Below, in pieces: positions 41,801 through 50,275 of a stretch of DNA of 64,000 nt. A model generated the notes under the pieces. That model was not told the DNA's origin and did not search any database. It was given only the letters and a program-made list of their open reading frames with translations. Origin of the DNA: an uncultured Bacteroidota bacterium (GTDB lineage: Bacteria > Bacteroidota > Ignavibacteria > UBA10030 > UBA6906); contig CAVOYH010000003.1 in the NCBI GenBank assembly GCA_963700635.1, positions 1,504,001 through 1,568,000 of the forward strand, given 5' to 3'. The translations under genes were made by a program, and so were the position numbers. Position 1 is the stretch's first letter. Every line of letters begins with the position of its first letter.

Positions 41801-42532
41801 ATGTCTGACCCTGAATCCTCGTGTTCCCGTCTTTCCGCGATCCCCGTCCTCACTGTGCTGGTCGACGGGAATCCCGCGTATCCGTCAGGAGCCCGAGAGT
41901 GGGAACGATGGTGCAGTGGTGATTCATTGTTCGACGGCATGGCCGCCTACGCCCCCCCGGCAGTGTCACTGATGGGGAACGCCGGCCTTCTGGCAAGACC
42001 CGGGATAGGCATCGTCTGCTCGTCGCGGTGCCCCGGCTCTATCGTCCTCGACACATACACCCTGGTCAGGCGGATGCAGCCCGACGGCCCGACCTTTATC
42101 GGCGGTTTTCATTCGCCGATGGAGCGAACGTGTCTGGACGTGCTTCTTGCCCGCCGGGTCCCGGTCGCCTATTGTCCCGGTCGGCGGTTGCACCCCCGGG
42201 CTCTCCCGGCACTCTGGAAACCAGCCCTGGCCGAGCAGCGTCTTGCCCTTTTGTCCCCGTTCAGGTCCTCCCAACGGCGCGTGACCACATCGCTGGCCCG
42301 GGATAGAAACGCGTTTGTGGCGGTCCTGAGCGACATTCTCCTGGTTCCCTACGCCCGCGACCGGGGAAAAGTGGCCGGGCTGGTTGCGACTGCGGTGGCA
42401 AGGGGGAAGAAGGTTGTTACGGTGCGGGATGCCGAGACTGACCGTCTGGTGATGATGGGGGCGACACAACTGGGGATCGAAGAGCTGGCGGAACTCTGTG
42501 TGGAGATGACCCGTGGTCAGTCAGGGCAGTGA
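41801..42532 (+). CDS. Short DprA/Smf-like (SLOG superfamily) protein
   Basis: GN..LL...IGIVCSSRCPG, IGGFHSPME, LLSPF, ARDRNAFVAVLSD. Start uncertain. Confidence 0.7.
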   Translation: MSDPESSCSRLSAIPVLTVLVDGNPAYPSGAREWERWCSGDSLFDGMAAYAPPAVSLMGNAGLLARPGIGIVCSSRCPGSIVLDTYTLVRRMQPDGPTFIGGFHSPMERTCLDVLLARRVPVAYCPGRRLHPRALPALWKPALAEQRLALLSPFRSSQRRVTTSLARDRNAFVAVLSDILLVPYARDRGKVAGLVATAVARGKKVVTVRDAETDRLVMMGATQLGIEELAELCVEMTRGQSGQ

Positions 42533-42535
42533 TAC

Positions 42536-42570
42536 AAAAAACCCCCTCTCCTGCCACAGAGAGGGGGTTT
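42536..42570 (-). terminator. Rho-independent terminator after clpC (possibly bidirectional)
   Basis: AAACCCCCTCTC...GAGAGGGGGTTT stem with an A-run on the left. Confidence 0.8.
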
Positions 42571-42613
42571 CCGATTATCGTGGATCATGTCCGCGGTCGC
42601 CGGTGCACCGCTG

Positions 42614-45116
42614 TCAATTTACATCAGCTGACTTTTCCTCTTCTTCGACATCCCCGTCGCCCTTTTCGGTGAGAGCACTGGCGAACCGGAGGTCTCCGGT
42701 CTTCTTGTTGATCTTCACCCGAATCACCGACCCTTCGCTGAATTTCCCCTTGAGGAGCTCCTCTGCGATCGGGTCTTCGAGATACTTCTGCACCGCACGC
42801 CGGAGAGGTCGCGCACCGTAGGATGGGTCATACCCCTTTTCCGCAAGGAATTCGCGTGCAGATTTGGTGAGCTCAAGGGCCACGCCCTGTGCCGCGATGC
42901 GCTTGGTCAGCTCGCGGATCTGGATCTGAACGATCTCGAGGAGGTGGTCTTTCTCGAGCGGATGGAAGACAATTGTGTCGTCGACCCTGTTCAGGAATTC
43001 AGGGTTGAACACGCGCTTGAGGGCTTCTTCGATAGTGGACTTCATGGCGCCATATTCGTCTTTTGCCGAGCCCGATCCAAAGCCGAAGCCACCGCCACGC
43101 TTGAGATCGCGCGTCCCGATATTCGACGTCATGATCATGATGGTGTTCTTGAAATCGACGCGCCGTCCAAGGCTGTCGGTGAGAATACCGTCATCAAGGA
43201 CCTGCAGCAGGATGTTGAAGACGTCGGGATGTGCCTTCTCGATCTCGTCGAGGAGGACGACCGAGTACGGTTTGCGCCTGACTTTCTCTGTAAGCTGGCC
43301 ACCCTCTTCGTAACCGACATACCCTGGAGGTGCTCCGACGAGGCGGGAGACGCTGAACTTCTCCATATATTCGCTCATGTCGATCCGGATCAGAGCATCT
43401 TCGGTATCGAACAGATACCGGGCAAGAGCCTTCGCGAGCTCCGTCTTGCCGACGCCCGTGGGGCCCAGAAAGATGAATGAACCGATAGGCCGTTTGGGGT
43501 CTTTGAGGCCTGCACGTGTCCGGCGGATCGCCTTGGTCAGCTTCGCAATTGCCTCATCCTGCCCGACGACCTGTTCTTTCAGAGCCTGTTCCATTTTGAG
43601 GAGTTTGGCCGATTCGGATTCCGCAATCTTGTTAACAGGGATCCCGGTCATCATCGCCACCACGTCAGCCATGTGCTCTTCGGTAACCTCGTGGACGGTG
43701 TCCTGCGCCTTCAGTTCCCATTCGCGTTTTGCGATTTCCAGGTCGCTCAGGAACTTCTTTTCCAGATCGCGCAGCCGGGCGGCTTCCTCGAAGTTCTGGC
43801 TTTTGACGACCTGGTTCTTGGACTGTTTGATCTTTTCGATCTCCCCTTCGAGATCGAGGATCTCCTTCGGGACGTGGATGTTGGCCAGGTGAACGCGTGA
43901 GCCGGCTTCATCGAGGACATCGATGGCTTTGTCCGGGAGATACCGGTCAGTAATATAGCGGTCGCTGAGGCGGACTGCGGATTCCATCCCCTTGTCCGCG
44001 TACCGGACCCCATGGTGCTCTTCGTATTTATGCTTGATGTTCTTCAGGATCTGGATGGTCTCGTCGACGCTGGTCGGGTCCACCATGATTTTCTGGAACC
44101 GGCGGTCGAGCGCACCGTCCTTTTCAATGTACTGACGGTATTCGTCCAGGGTCGTTGCCCCGATGCACTGGAGTTCGCCTCTGGAGAGGGCGGGTTTGAA
44201 CATGTTGGAGGCGTCAAGCGATCCGGACGCGCCCCCTGCGCCAACGATCGTATGCAGCTCGTCGATGAACAGGATGACGTCTTTGGCCTTTTCCAGTTCG
44301 TTCATCACGGCTTTCATCCGTTCTTCAAACTGCCCCCGGTATTTTGTTCCTGCCACAAGGGCCGCGAGGTCCAGCGTCACAACGCGTTTGTCCGTGCAGG
44401 ACGCGGGAGACTTTCTTCTGGACGATCCGCATCGCGAGACCCTCGGCGATGGCCGTCTTGCCGACACCCGGTTCGCCGATCAACACCGGGTTGTTTTTCT
44501 TGCGGCGGCTCAGCACCTGGGCGACGCGTTCGATCTCTTTTTCCCGGCCGACGATCGGGTCCAGTTTGTCTTCCCCGGCAAGCTTCGTCAGGTCATGTCC
44601 GAAGTTGTCCAGCACCGGTGTCTTGGATTTTTCGGGCTTCTTTTCGGGTGTAGGCTGGTGCTGCTGCGGGCTGGAAGGCTTTCCGCTGATGATATTGTCC
44701 AGTTCGCCCCGAACAACGTCGTAGTGAATGTTGAACTGGTGAAGGATCTGCGCGGCGATATTGTCATCGTCCCGCAGCAGGGAAAGGAGGAGATGTTCCG
44801 TTCCGATGACATCCGACTTGTACAGTTTGGCCTCGAGGTAGGTGATTTTGAGAACCTTCTCGGCCTGTTTTGTGAGCGGTATGTTGCCGATCGTCAGGGT
44901 TCCGCCAGACGTTCTGACGGTGTCTTCGATCGCTTTCTTGAGCTTGTAGAGGTCCACACCCAGGTTGCGAAGGATTTTGACTGCAATTCCTTCGCCTTCC
45001 CGGATGACACCCAATAACAGGTGCTCCGTCCCGATATAGTCGTGACCGAGGCGCAGCGCCTCTTCACGGCTCAGGCGGATTACATCTTGCACTCTGTTAG
45101 AAAAATTGCCTTCCAT
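42614..45116 (-). pseudogene. clpC: ATP-dependent Clp protease ATPase ClpC, split by a 1-nt insertion near 44392-44393 (real lesion or sequence error)
   Basis: ClpN repeats and GEPGVGKT in ORF 44325-45116; [15 protein letters not shown] domain and GPTGVGKT in ORF 42614-44467. The minus strand reads CTG CAC G GAC AAA CGC; removing one G restores [10 protein letters not shown]. Confidence 0.9.
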
Positions 45117-45227
45117 TCAGGACCCCATTTTTCGTATGAAACGTATTGCCTCTCTGACCTTCCCCATTGATAACACCGCCTGCCAAGACGGGGGTTCCGG
45201 AACTTTCAGGCCAATGCCGGCAGACGG

Positions 45228-45256
45228 AATATACCCAAATCACCAAGTGAAGTCAA
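45228..45256 (-). promoter_or_regulatory. sigma70-type promoter for clpC
   Basis: TTGACT-N17-TATATT on the minus strand. Confidence 0.65.
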
Positions 45257-45435
45257 TTCTGCCCCCAAAGCTCCTGATATCATCGTTTTCACCCAAGGAA
45301 GGAGGTTTTCCGATTGGCGGTCGTGATATGGGTCACAGGGGAACTCCCATCCCTCTTTTTTCTTGACCCTTTTGGGATATTGCCGCATCCTATTGGGTGG
45401 AGAATCAGCGTTCTTCAACCATCAGGGACACATCA

Positions 45436-45651
45436 ATGCCCATATACGATTACAAGTGCGATGACTGCGGTACGATCTACGACGTTTTCCACAAAGTGCG
45501 GGAGGTTCAGGAAGATGTGGTGTGTCCCGACTGTGAGTCAACGAAGCATACGCGGCTTCTGTCGGCCCCCAGCATCAGCATGGGGAGCCAGCCGGATGCT
45601 CCTTCCTGCGCAACCGGCGGGTGCTGTGGCGGGTCCTGCGGTCTGAACTAG
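45436..45651 (+). CDS. FmdB-family zinc-ribbon protein
   Basis: MPIYDYKCDDCG...CPDCES...RLLS, with a Cys-rich tail CATGGCCGGSC. Confidence 0.88.
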   Translation: MPIYDYKCDDCGTIYDVFHKVREVQEDVVCPDCESTKHTRLLSAPSISMGSQPDAPSCATGGCCGGSCGLN

Positions 45652-45780
45652 CCCCTGCGAGGCTTGCCGGGTGTTCTGTCCGGGGTCGTACGCAATGGGG
45701 CAAGTGCCAGGAGCCCGTTGCAGTGCGAGGTTTGCCCCCACGGCGGCGGCTGGTTGCCCGGAGGTTCAAACGGGAGCGCG

Positions 45781-46686
45781 TCAGTGGAGGAGCGGGATTG
45801 CTCCTGCAAAATAGATCAGCGTGATGCACGATGCCACCCACAGCACGGCGTTTGCGATGATCGGAAAGTCCGTGCTCACAACGGCTGCCGGGTTCTCGAC
45901 GGTGTCCGTGGTGAAGGCGAGATGCATGTACCGGAAGACACCGTATATCACGAATACGGTCGTATAGATCAACTTGTCTGTCCCGAACACTTCCAGTGTC
46001 CGGTTGGCCACGGTGTACAGGGCATAGGATATGACCGTTCCGGCGGCAGTAATCGTCAGCATTTGATCCAGCAGCTCCACCCGGTAGTGTTGCAGTACCT
46101 TTCGTTCGGATGAGGTCCCCGCAGACTTCGCAGCAACCAGCTCACCCCGCCGTTTCGCAAATCCCAGAAACAGAGAGATGAAAAGTGTACAGAGGACGAT
46201 CCAGCTCGAAACGATGACGCCGATCGCGTATGCTCCGCCCAGCACCCTCAGCATGAACCCCGCAGCGATGATGAACACGTCGAGAAGGAAGATCTCCTTT
46301 AGCTTGAAGCTGTAGGCGAGGTTCAACAAGAAGTAGACGCTGACGATCACGAGAAACTTCGTCGGCATCCCCCAGAGAAGGAACAGATCAAGGGCGAGCA
46401 GAACGGCCAGGATGACAAAGGCTGTCGCGATGGATATCGTCCCGGCGGCGAGAGGACGGTTTCGTTTCTGGGGATGGGCCCGGTCGGCTTCGACGTCCAT
46501 CATGTCGTTGATAATGTAGATCGCGCTGGCCGTCAGACAGAATCCGCCGAACGCCTTGAGCGTCAGCAGGAGAGGATCCAGAAGGAATAACTCCTTGGCA
46601 AAGACCAGAGGAGCGAGAACAAAGACGTTCTTGATCCACTGTTTCGGTCGGATCAGCTTCAGGGCTGCGGCAGCGGTCGTGGACAT
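45781..46686 (-). CDS. UbiA-family polyprenyl-phosphate phosphoribosyltransferase (DPPR synthase-like)
   Basis: IRPKQWIKNVFV, YIINDMMDVEADRAHPQKRNRPLAAG, GFMLRV, FAKRRGEL. Confidence 0.85.
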   Translation of the reverse strand: MSTTAAAALKLIRPKQWIKNVFVLAPLVFAKELFLLDPLLLTLKAFGGFCLTASAIYIINDMMDVEADRAHPQKRNRPLAAGTISIATAFVILAVLLALDLFLLWGMPTKFLVIVSVYFLLNLAYSFKLKEIFLLDVFIIAAGFMLRVLGGAYAIGVIVSSWIVLCTLFISLFLGFAKRRGELVAAKSAGTSSERKVLQHYRVELLDQMLTITAAGTVISYALYTVANRTLEVFGTDKLIYTTVFVIYGVFRYMHLAFTTDTVENPAAVVSTDFPIIANAVLWVASCITLIYFAGAIPLLH

Positions 46687-46710
46687 CGGCCTCTCGATTT
46701 GTGTGTGAAA

Positions 46711-46781
46711 AGGGTACGCATTCTCTCGACGATATGCAAGAATGGCGCAGGTTTGACGCTTGTGCTTTTTTTTTGTACCAT
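46711..46781. promoter_or_regulatory. Divergent sigma70 promoters; the plus-strand one has a T9 tract in its spacer
   Basis: Minus: TTGCAT-N17-TACCCT (46739-46711). Plus: TTGACG-N17-TACCAT (46753-46781). Confidence 0.6.
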
Positions 46782-46800
46782 CGTGAAGGAGACCCTGCCT

Positions 46801-46995
46801 ATGACCCATGATGAACAACACCGGATGATTCTCGAACTCCGCGACTATGTCCATAGAATGCGACGGGATGAAGAAGAGCTTTTCACGATGTACGTCAAAC
46901 GGGACAAGGATGATGAAGATCTGGATGTGGTGGCCCAGCGGAGGCTGGAACGGATGTATGACCAGTACGTGGTGAGGAGAGGAAAGGTACGATGA
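46801..46995 (+). CDS. Small charged hypothetical protein (64 aa)
   Basis: AAGGAG SD upstream; ATGA overlap with the next gene. Confidence 0.65.
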   Translation: MTHDEQHRMILELRDYVHRMRRDEEELFTMYVKRDKDDEDLDVVAQRRLERMYDQYVVRRGKVR

Positions 46996-48020
46996 AAGCG
47001 GCGTTCGTCATGCGATATGGTGGCCCGGACGTGCTGGAAATCGGCGAAGCACCCGTCCCGGACCCAGGACCGGACGAGGTTCTCGTCCAGGTCCGGTGCG
47101 TCGGATTGAATTTTGCGGATATCGTCGGGCGCTTTGGCGCTTACCCCGGGACTCCCAAGCCTCCCTATATCCCGGGCCTGGAATTCTCCGGAACCGTCGT
47201 CCGGGTCGGTACCCGGGTGAACAAGTTTGCGGCCGGGGAACGGATCATGGGCTACTGCAAACTCGGCAGCCATGCGGAGTTTGTGCTCGTCAACCAGTAC
47301 TACGCGACCGTTATACCCGACAAGATGACGTATGAGGAAGGCGCCTCGTTTCTGGTGTCGATGCTGAGCGCCTATCATGGTCTCGTTCGCCTCGCCAACC
47401 TCCGCACAGGCGAGCGGCTGCTGGTTCATGCCGCCGCGGGCGGTGTCGGACTTGCATCCCTGCAGATCGGCCGGCATCTCAATGCCGAGGTGTTCGCCAC
47501 GGCGGGGACCGACGAAAAGGTCGCCATTGCCCGCTCGTACGGCGCCCATCACGTCATCAACTACACTACCTCGGCCTTCGAGAAGAAAATCGAGCAGATC
47601 ACCAACGGATACGGCATCGATGTCGTGATGGACTCTGTGGGGGGGGATGTCTTCAAGAAGAGCTGGCACCTGCTCGCCCCGATGGGCCGGTACCTTATGC
47701 TTGGAGTCTCCTCCATGACGACCGCGGACGGGAACCTGACCCGTACAATGATCGCCAACGCCTACGACCAGATGAAGCCCATCTTCCCACCAAGCCTCAT
47801 TCATACCAACAAAGGTATATTTGGTTTCAATCTCGGGTTGATCGCGGGACATGAGAAGTATTTTGAACAGGCTGCGACCGAATTGCTGACGTGGTACAAT
47901 CTGGGGGTCATCAAGCCGCTTGTAGGAAAGACCTTTCCCTTCGATCAGATCGTCGAAGCCCACCGCTATCTTCAAAACCGCCTTTCGGTGGGGAAGGTCG
48001 TTGTGCTGATGGACTCCTGA
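46992..48020 (+). CDS. NADPH:quinone oxidoreductase / zinc-independent MDR family (VAT-1-like)
   Basis: YGGPDVL, GLNFAD, PGLEFSG, VHAAAGGVG, GKVVV. Confidence 0.9.
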   Translation: MKAAFVMRYGGPDVLEIGEAPVPDPGPDEVLVQVRCVGLNFADIVGRFGAYPGTPKPPYIPGLEFSGTVVRVGTRVNKFAAGERIMGYCKLGSHAEFVLVNQYYATVIPDKMTYEEGASFLVSMLSAYHGLVRLANLRTGERLLVHAAAGGVGLASLQIGRHLNAEVFATAGTDEKVAIARSYGAHHVINYTTSAFEKKIEQITNGYGIDVVMDSVGGDVFKKSWHLLAPMGRYLMLGVSSMTTADGNLTRTMIANAYDQMKPIFPPSLIHTNKGIFGFNLGLIAGHEKYFEQAATELLTWYNLGVIKPLVGKTFPFDQIVEAHRYLQNRLSVGKVVVLMDS

Positions 48021-48049
48021 ACCTCCACCTTTCCGGAACGGGAACGAAA

Positions 48050-48667
48050 ATGACGCGCAGGACCAAACGCCCCGTCCTGACGCCTGACGTGCTGATTCAG
48101 GCCTATAGAAGCGGTTTCTTTCCTATGGCTGAAAATCGAACCGGACCAATCTTCTGGTACAGCCCAGACCCCAGGGCCGTCATCCCACTGTCGGACTTTC
48201 ACATTTCCCGAAGCCTCCGGCAGACGCTGCGAAAAGGGGAGTTCGAACTGCGGGTCGATACGGCGTTCGAGGCCACCATGCGTGCGTGCGCGGATCGGGA
48301 TGACACCTGGATCTCGGACGAAATCATAGAGGTGTATGTAGCCCTCTTTGAAAGGGGGTACGGGCACAGCATCGAGGCATGGCAGGGAGCCCACCTTCAG
48401 GGGGGATTGTACGGGGTTGCCCTGGGAGGGGCGTTTTTCGGGGAATCGATGTTCAGCCTTGTGCGCGATGCTTCGAAAGTGGCCCTGGTGGCTCTTGTTG
48501 AACGGCTGATTTCCCGGCGTTATTCACTCCTGGATATCCAGTTTCTCACTCCGCACCTCCTCCGGTTCGGCGCGATGGAAATATCCCGCGACGAGTATCT
48601 TTCCTTTCTCACCAGCGCCCTGAGAGAGGAAACATCATTCTCCGGTGATCCAAAACACAGAATATAG
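48050..48667 (+). CDS. aat: Leucyl/phenylalanyl-tRNA--protein transferase
   Basis: AYRSGFFPM, WYSPDPR, TWI, GGLYGVALGGAFFGESMFS, DASKVAL. Confidence 0.95.
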   Translation: MTRRTKRPVLTPDVLIQAYRSGFFPMAENRTGPIFWYSPDPRAVIPLSDFHISRSLRQTLRKGEFELRVDTAFEATMRACADRDDTWISDEIIEVYVALFERGYGHSIEAWQGAHLQGGLYGVALGGAFFGESMFSLVRDASKVALVALVERLISRRYSLLDIQFLTPHLLRFGAMEISRDEYLSFLTSALREETSFSGDPKHRI

Positions 48668-48688
48668 GGGGCGTGATGTGATGAAGGA

Positions 48689-48704
48689 TGTGATCTGCGT
48701 CACA
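48689..48704. promoter_or_regulatory. Perfect CRP/FNR-family-type box
   Basis: TGTGA-TCTGCG-TCACA upstream of promoter TTGCAT-N17-TATATT (48731-48759). Confidence 0.65.
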
Positions 48705-48811
48705 GCAGATAGAATGGACGCGAACCGGTCTTGCATCGGCTGACGATTGTGGCTATATTACCACACAACGGTGCTGATGTTCAAAGCCGGCTTCCAGAGG
48801 AGTAACTCACC

Positions 48812-49213
48812 ATGTCTCTATCCCGTGAACAACACAAGTTTGAACGTGTCACGCTAACACTTGTCCCGCGTGCCGACGACCGGACCCTGCTCCACATCCC
48901 TTCTACCTTCAACAAGGTGGAACGAACGTATTCCTGGCGCACTGCCGGATCCATTAACTACATGCTCGTCCCCACGCGAATCTCCAGCACAGAGATCAAA
49001 GTCGATCTCTTCGTCGACCCCCTGCGCAAAGGAAAGGTCCAGCCCAAAAGCCTGGTCAAAGCAGTGCAGGAACTGGTCAGCCACAAGATGGAGAAAGAAT
49101 GGCGCGGCCTGAAGCTCGAAAGTATCAGTCGTCCGTCGACGGCCATTCCACCCAACAACACGATTGTCCGGGGTACGATCGAAGAGATCCTCGGCGCCAG
49201 TTTTGATCGTTAA
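48812..49213 (+). CDS. Hypothetical protein (133 aa)
   Basis: GAGGAG SD, own promoter, genome-typical codon usage; no family recognised. Confidence 0.75.
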   Translation: MSLSREQHKFERVTLTLVPRADDRTLLHIPSTFNKVERTYSWRTAGSINYMLVPTRISSTEIKVDLFVDPLRKGKVQPKSLVKAVQELVSHKMEKEWRGLKLESISRPSTAIPPNNTIVRGTIEEILGASFDR

Positions 49214-49231
49214 AGCGAAGGCCGGTTCCTG

Positions 49232-50131
49232 ATGCCTGATCACGTCATCGTCTCCACTGGAACGCCGCCGTTTGTGCCAACGAAGCAGGGGAAAGTCCGT
49301 GACATTTACGACATCGGGGAACGGCTTCTCCTGGTCGCTACCGACCGTCTTTCCGCATTTGACGTTGTTCTGCCGGACGGCATACCCGGCAAAGGAACGG
49401 TCCTGACCCAGATCTCCGCCTTCTGGTTTCAGAAACTCGCCCACGTCGTCCCTCACCATCTGCTCAGCGTCGAGACCGGGGATTTCCCTGAACCGTTCCG
49501 CTCGCATCCTGATGTCTTTGCGGGTCGGAGCATGCTGGTGCACAAGACCACTCCGTTGCCGGTCGAGTGCATTGTGCGGGGGTATCTTTCCGGTTCAGGA
49601 TGGTCCGAGTATCGGCGTTCGAAGTCAGTGTGCGGCATCCAGCTCTCTGCCGGCCTGAAAGAATCCGACCAGTTGCCGGAGCCGATTTTTACGCCGACCA
49701 CCAAAGCCGAGGTTGGTGTCCACGACGAGAACATGACGTATGCGCAGGTCGAAGACGTTATTGGGAAAGATCTGGCTCGTGCCGTCAGGGAGACCTCGAT
49801 CCAGATCTACACCGAGGGGGCAGCCTATGCGCGCACCCGCGGCATCATTATCGCAGATACGAAGTTTGAATTCGGGCTCGACGCTCATGGAGCGCTGATA
49901 TGGATCGACGAAGCGTTGACGCCGGACTCATCGCGGTTCTGGCCCCTCGCATCCTACGCGCCGGGAGGAGCCCAGCCCAGTTTTGACAAGCAGTTTGTGC
50001 GTGACTACCTTCTGACATTGAACTGGGACAAACGTCCCCCGGGCCCCCCCCTGCCGCCCGATGTCGTCACGACAACGGCCCTGAAGTATCAGGAGGCGTT
50101 GACGATGTTGAGTTCTCCGCGCATTCCGTAG
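49232..50131 (+). CDS. purC: Phosphoribosylaminoimidazole-succinocarboxamide synthase
   Basis: GKVRDIY, TDRLSAFD, ECIVRGY, ADTKFEFG, DEALTPDSSRFW, DKQFVRD. Confidence 0.97.
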   Translation: MPDHVIVSTGTPPFVPTKQGKVRDIYDIGERLLLVATDRLSAFDVVLPDGIPGKGTVLTQISAFWFQKLAHVVPHHLLSVETGDFPEPFRSHPDVFAGRSMLVHKTTPLPVECIVRGYLSGSGWSEYRRSKSVCGIQLSAGLKESDQLPEPIFTPTTKAEVGVHDENMTYAQVEDVIGKDLARAVRETSIQIYTEGAAYARTRGIIIADTKFEFGLDAHGALIWIDEALTPDSSRFWPLASYAPGGAQPSFDKQFVRDYLLTLNWDKRPPGPPLPPDVVTTTALKYQEALTMLSSPRIP

Positions 50132-50275
50132 GCCCACCGACCACACCACCGTTCCGCGACCAACCGTGCGGTCTTCAAGTATCGCTTGATGCCCCCTTGC
50201 ATTTCTCTTGAAAAGTAAGTATTTAGGGGACGACATTCTCCCCCCCTGACACTACATCAGGTGCCTCAGACACGC

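Noticed and set aside
44325-44467. Programmed ribosomal frameshift in clpC
   Set aside because: No slippery sequence or stimulatory structure seen; a simple 1-nt indel explains it.
45117-45435. CIRCE or CtsR heat-shock operator upstream of clpC
   Set aside because: No TTAGCACTC-N9-GAGTGCTAA or tandem GGTCAAA repeats seen.
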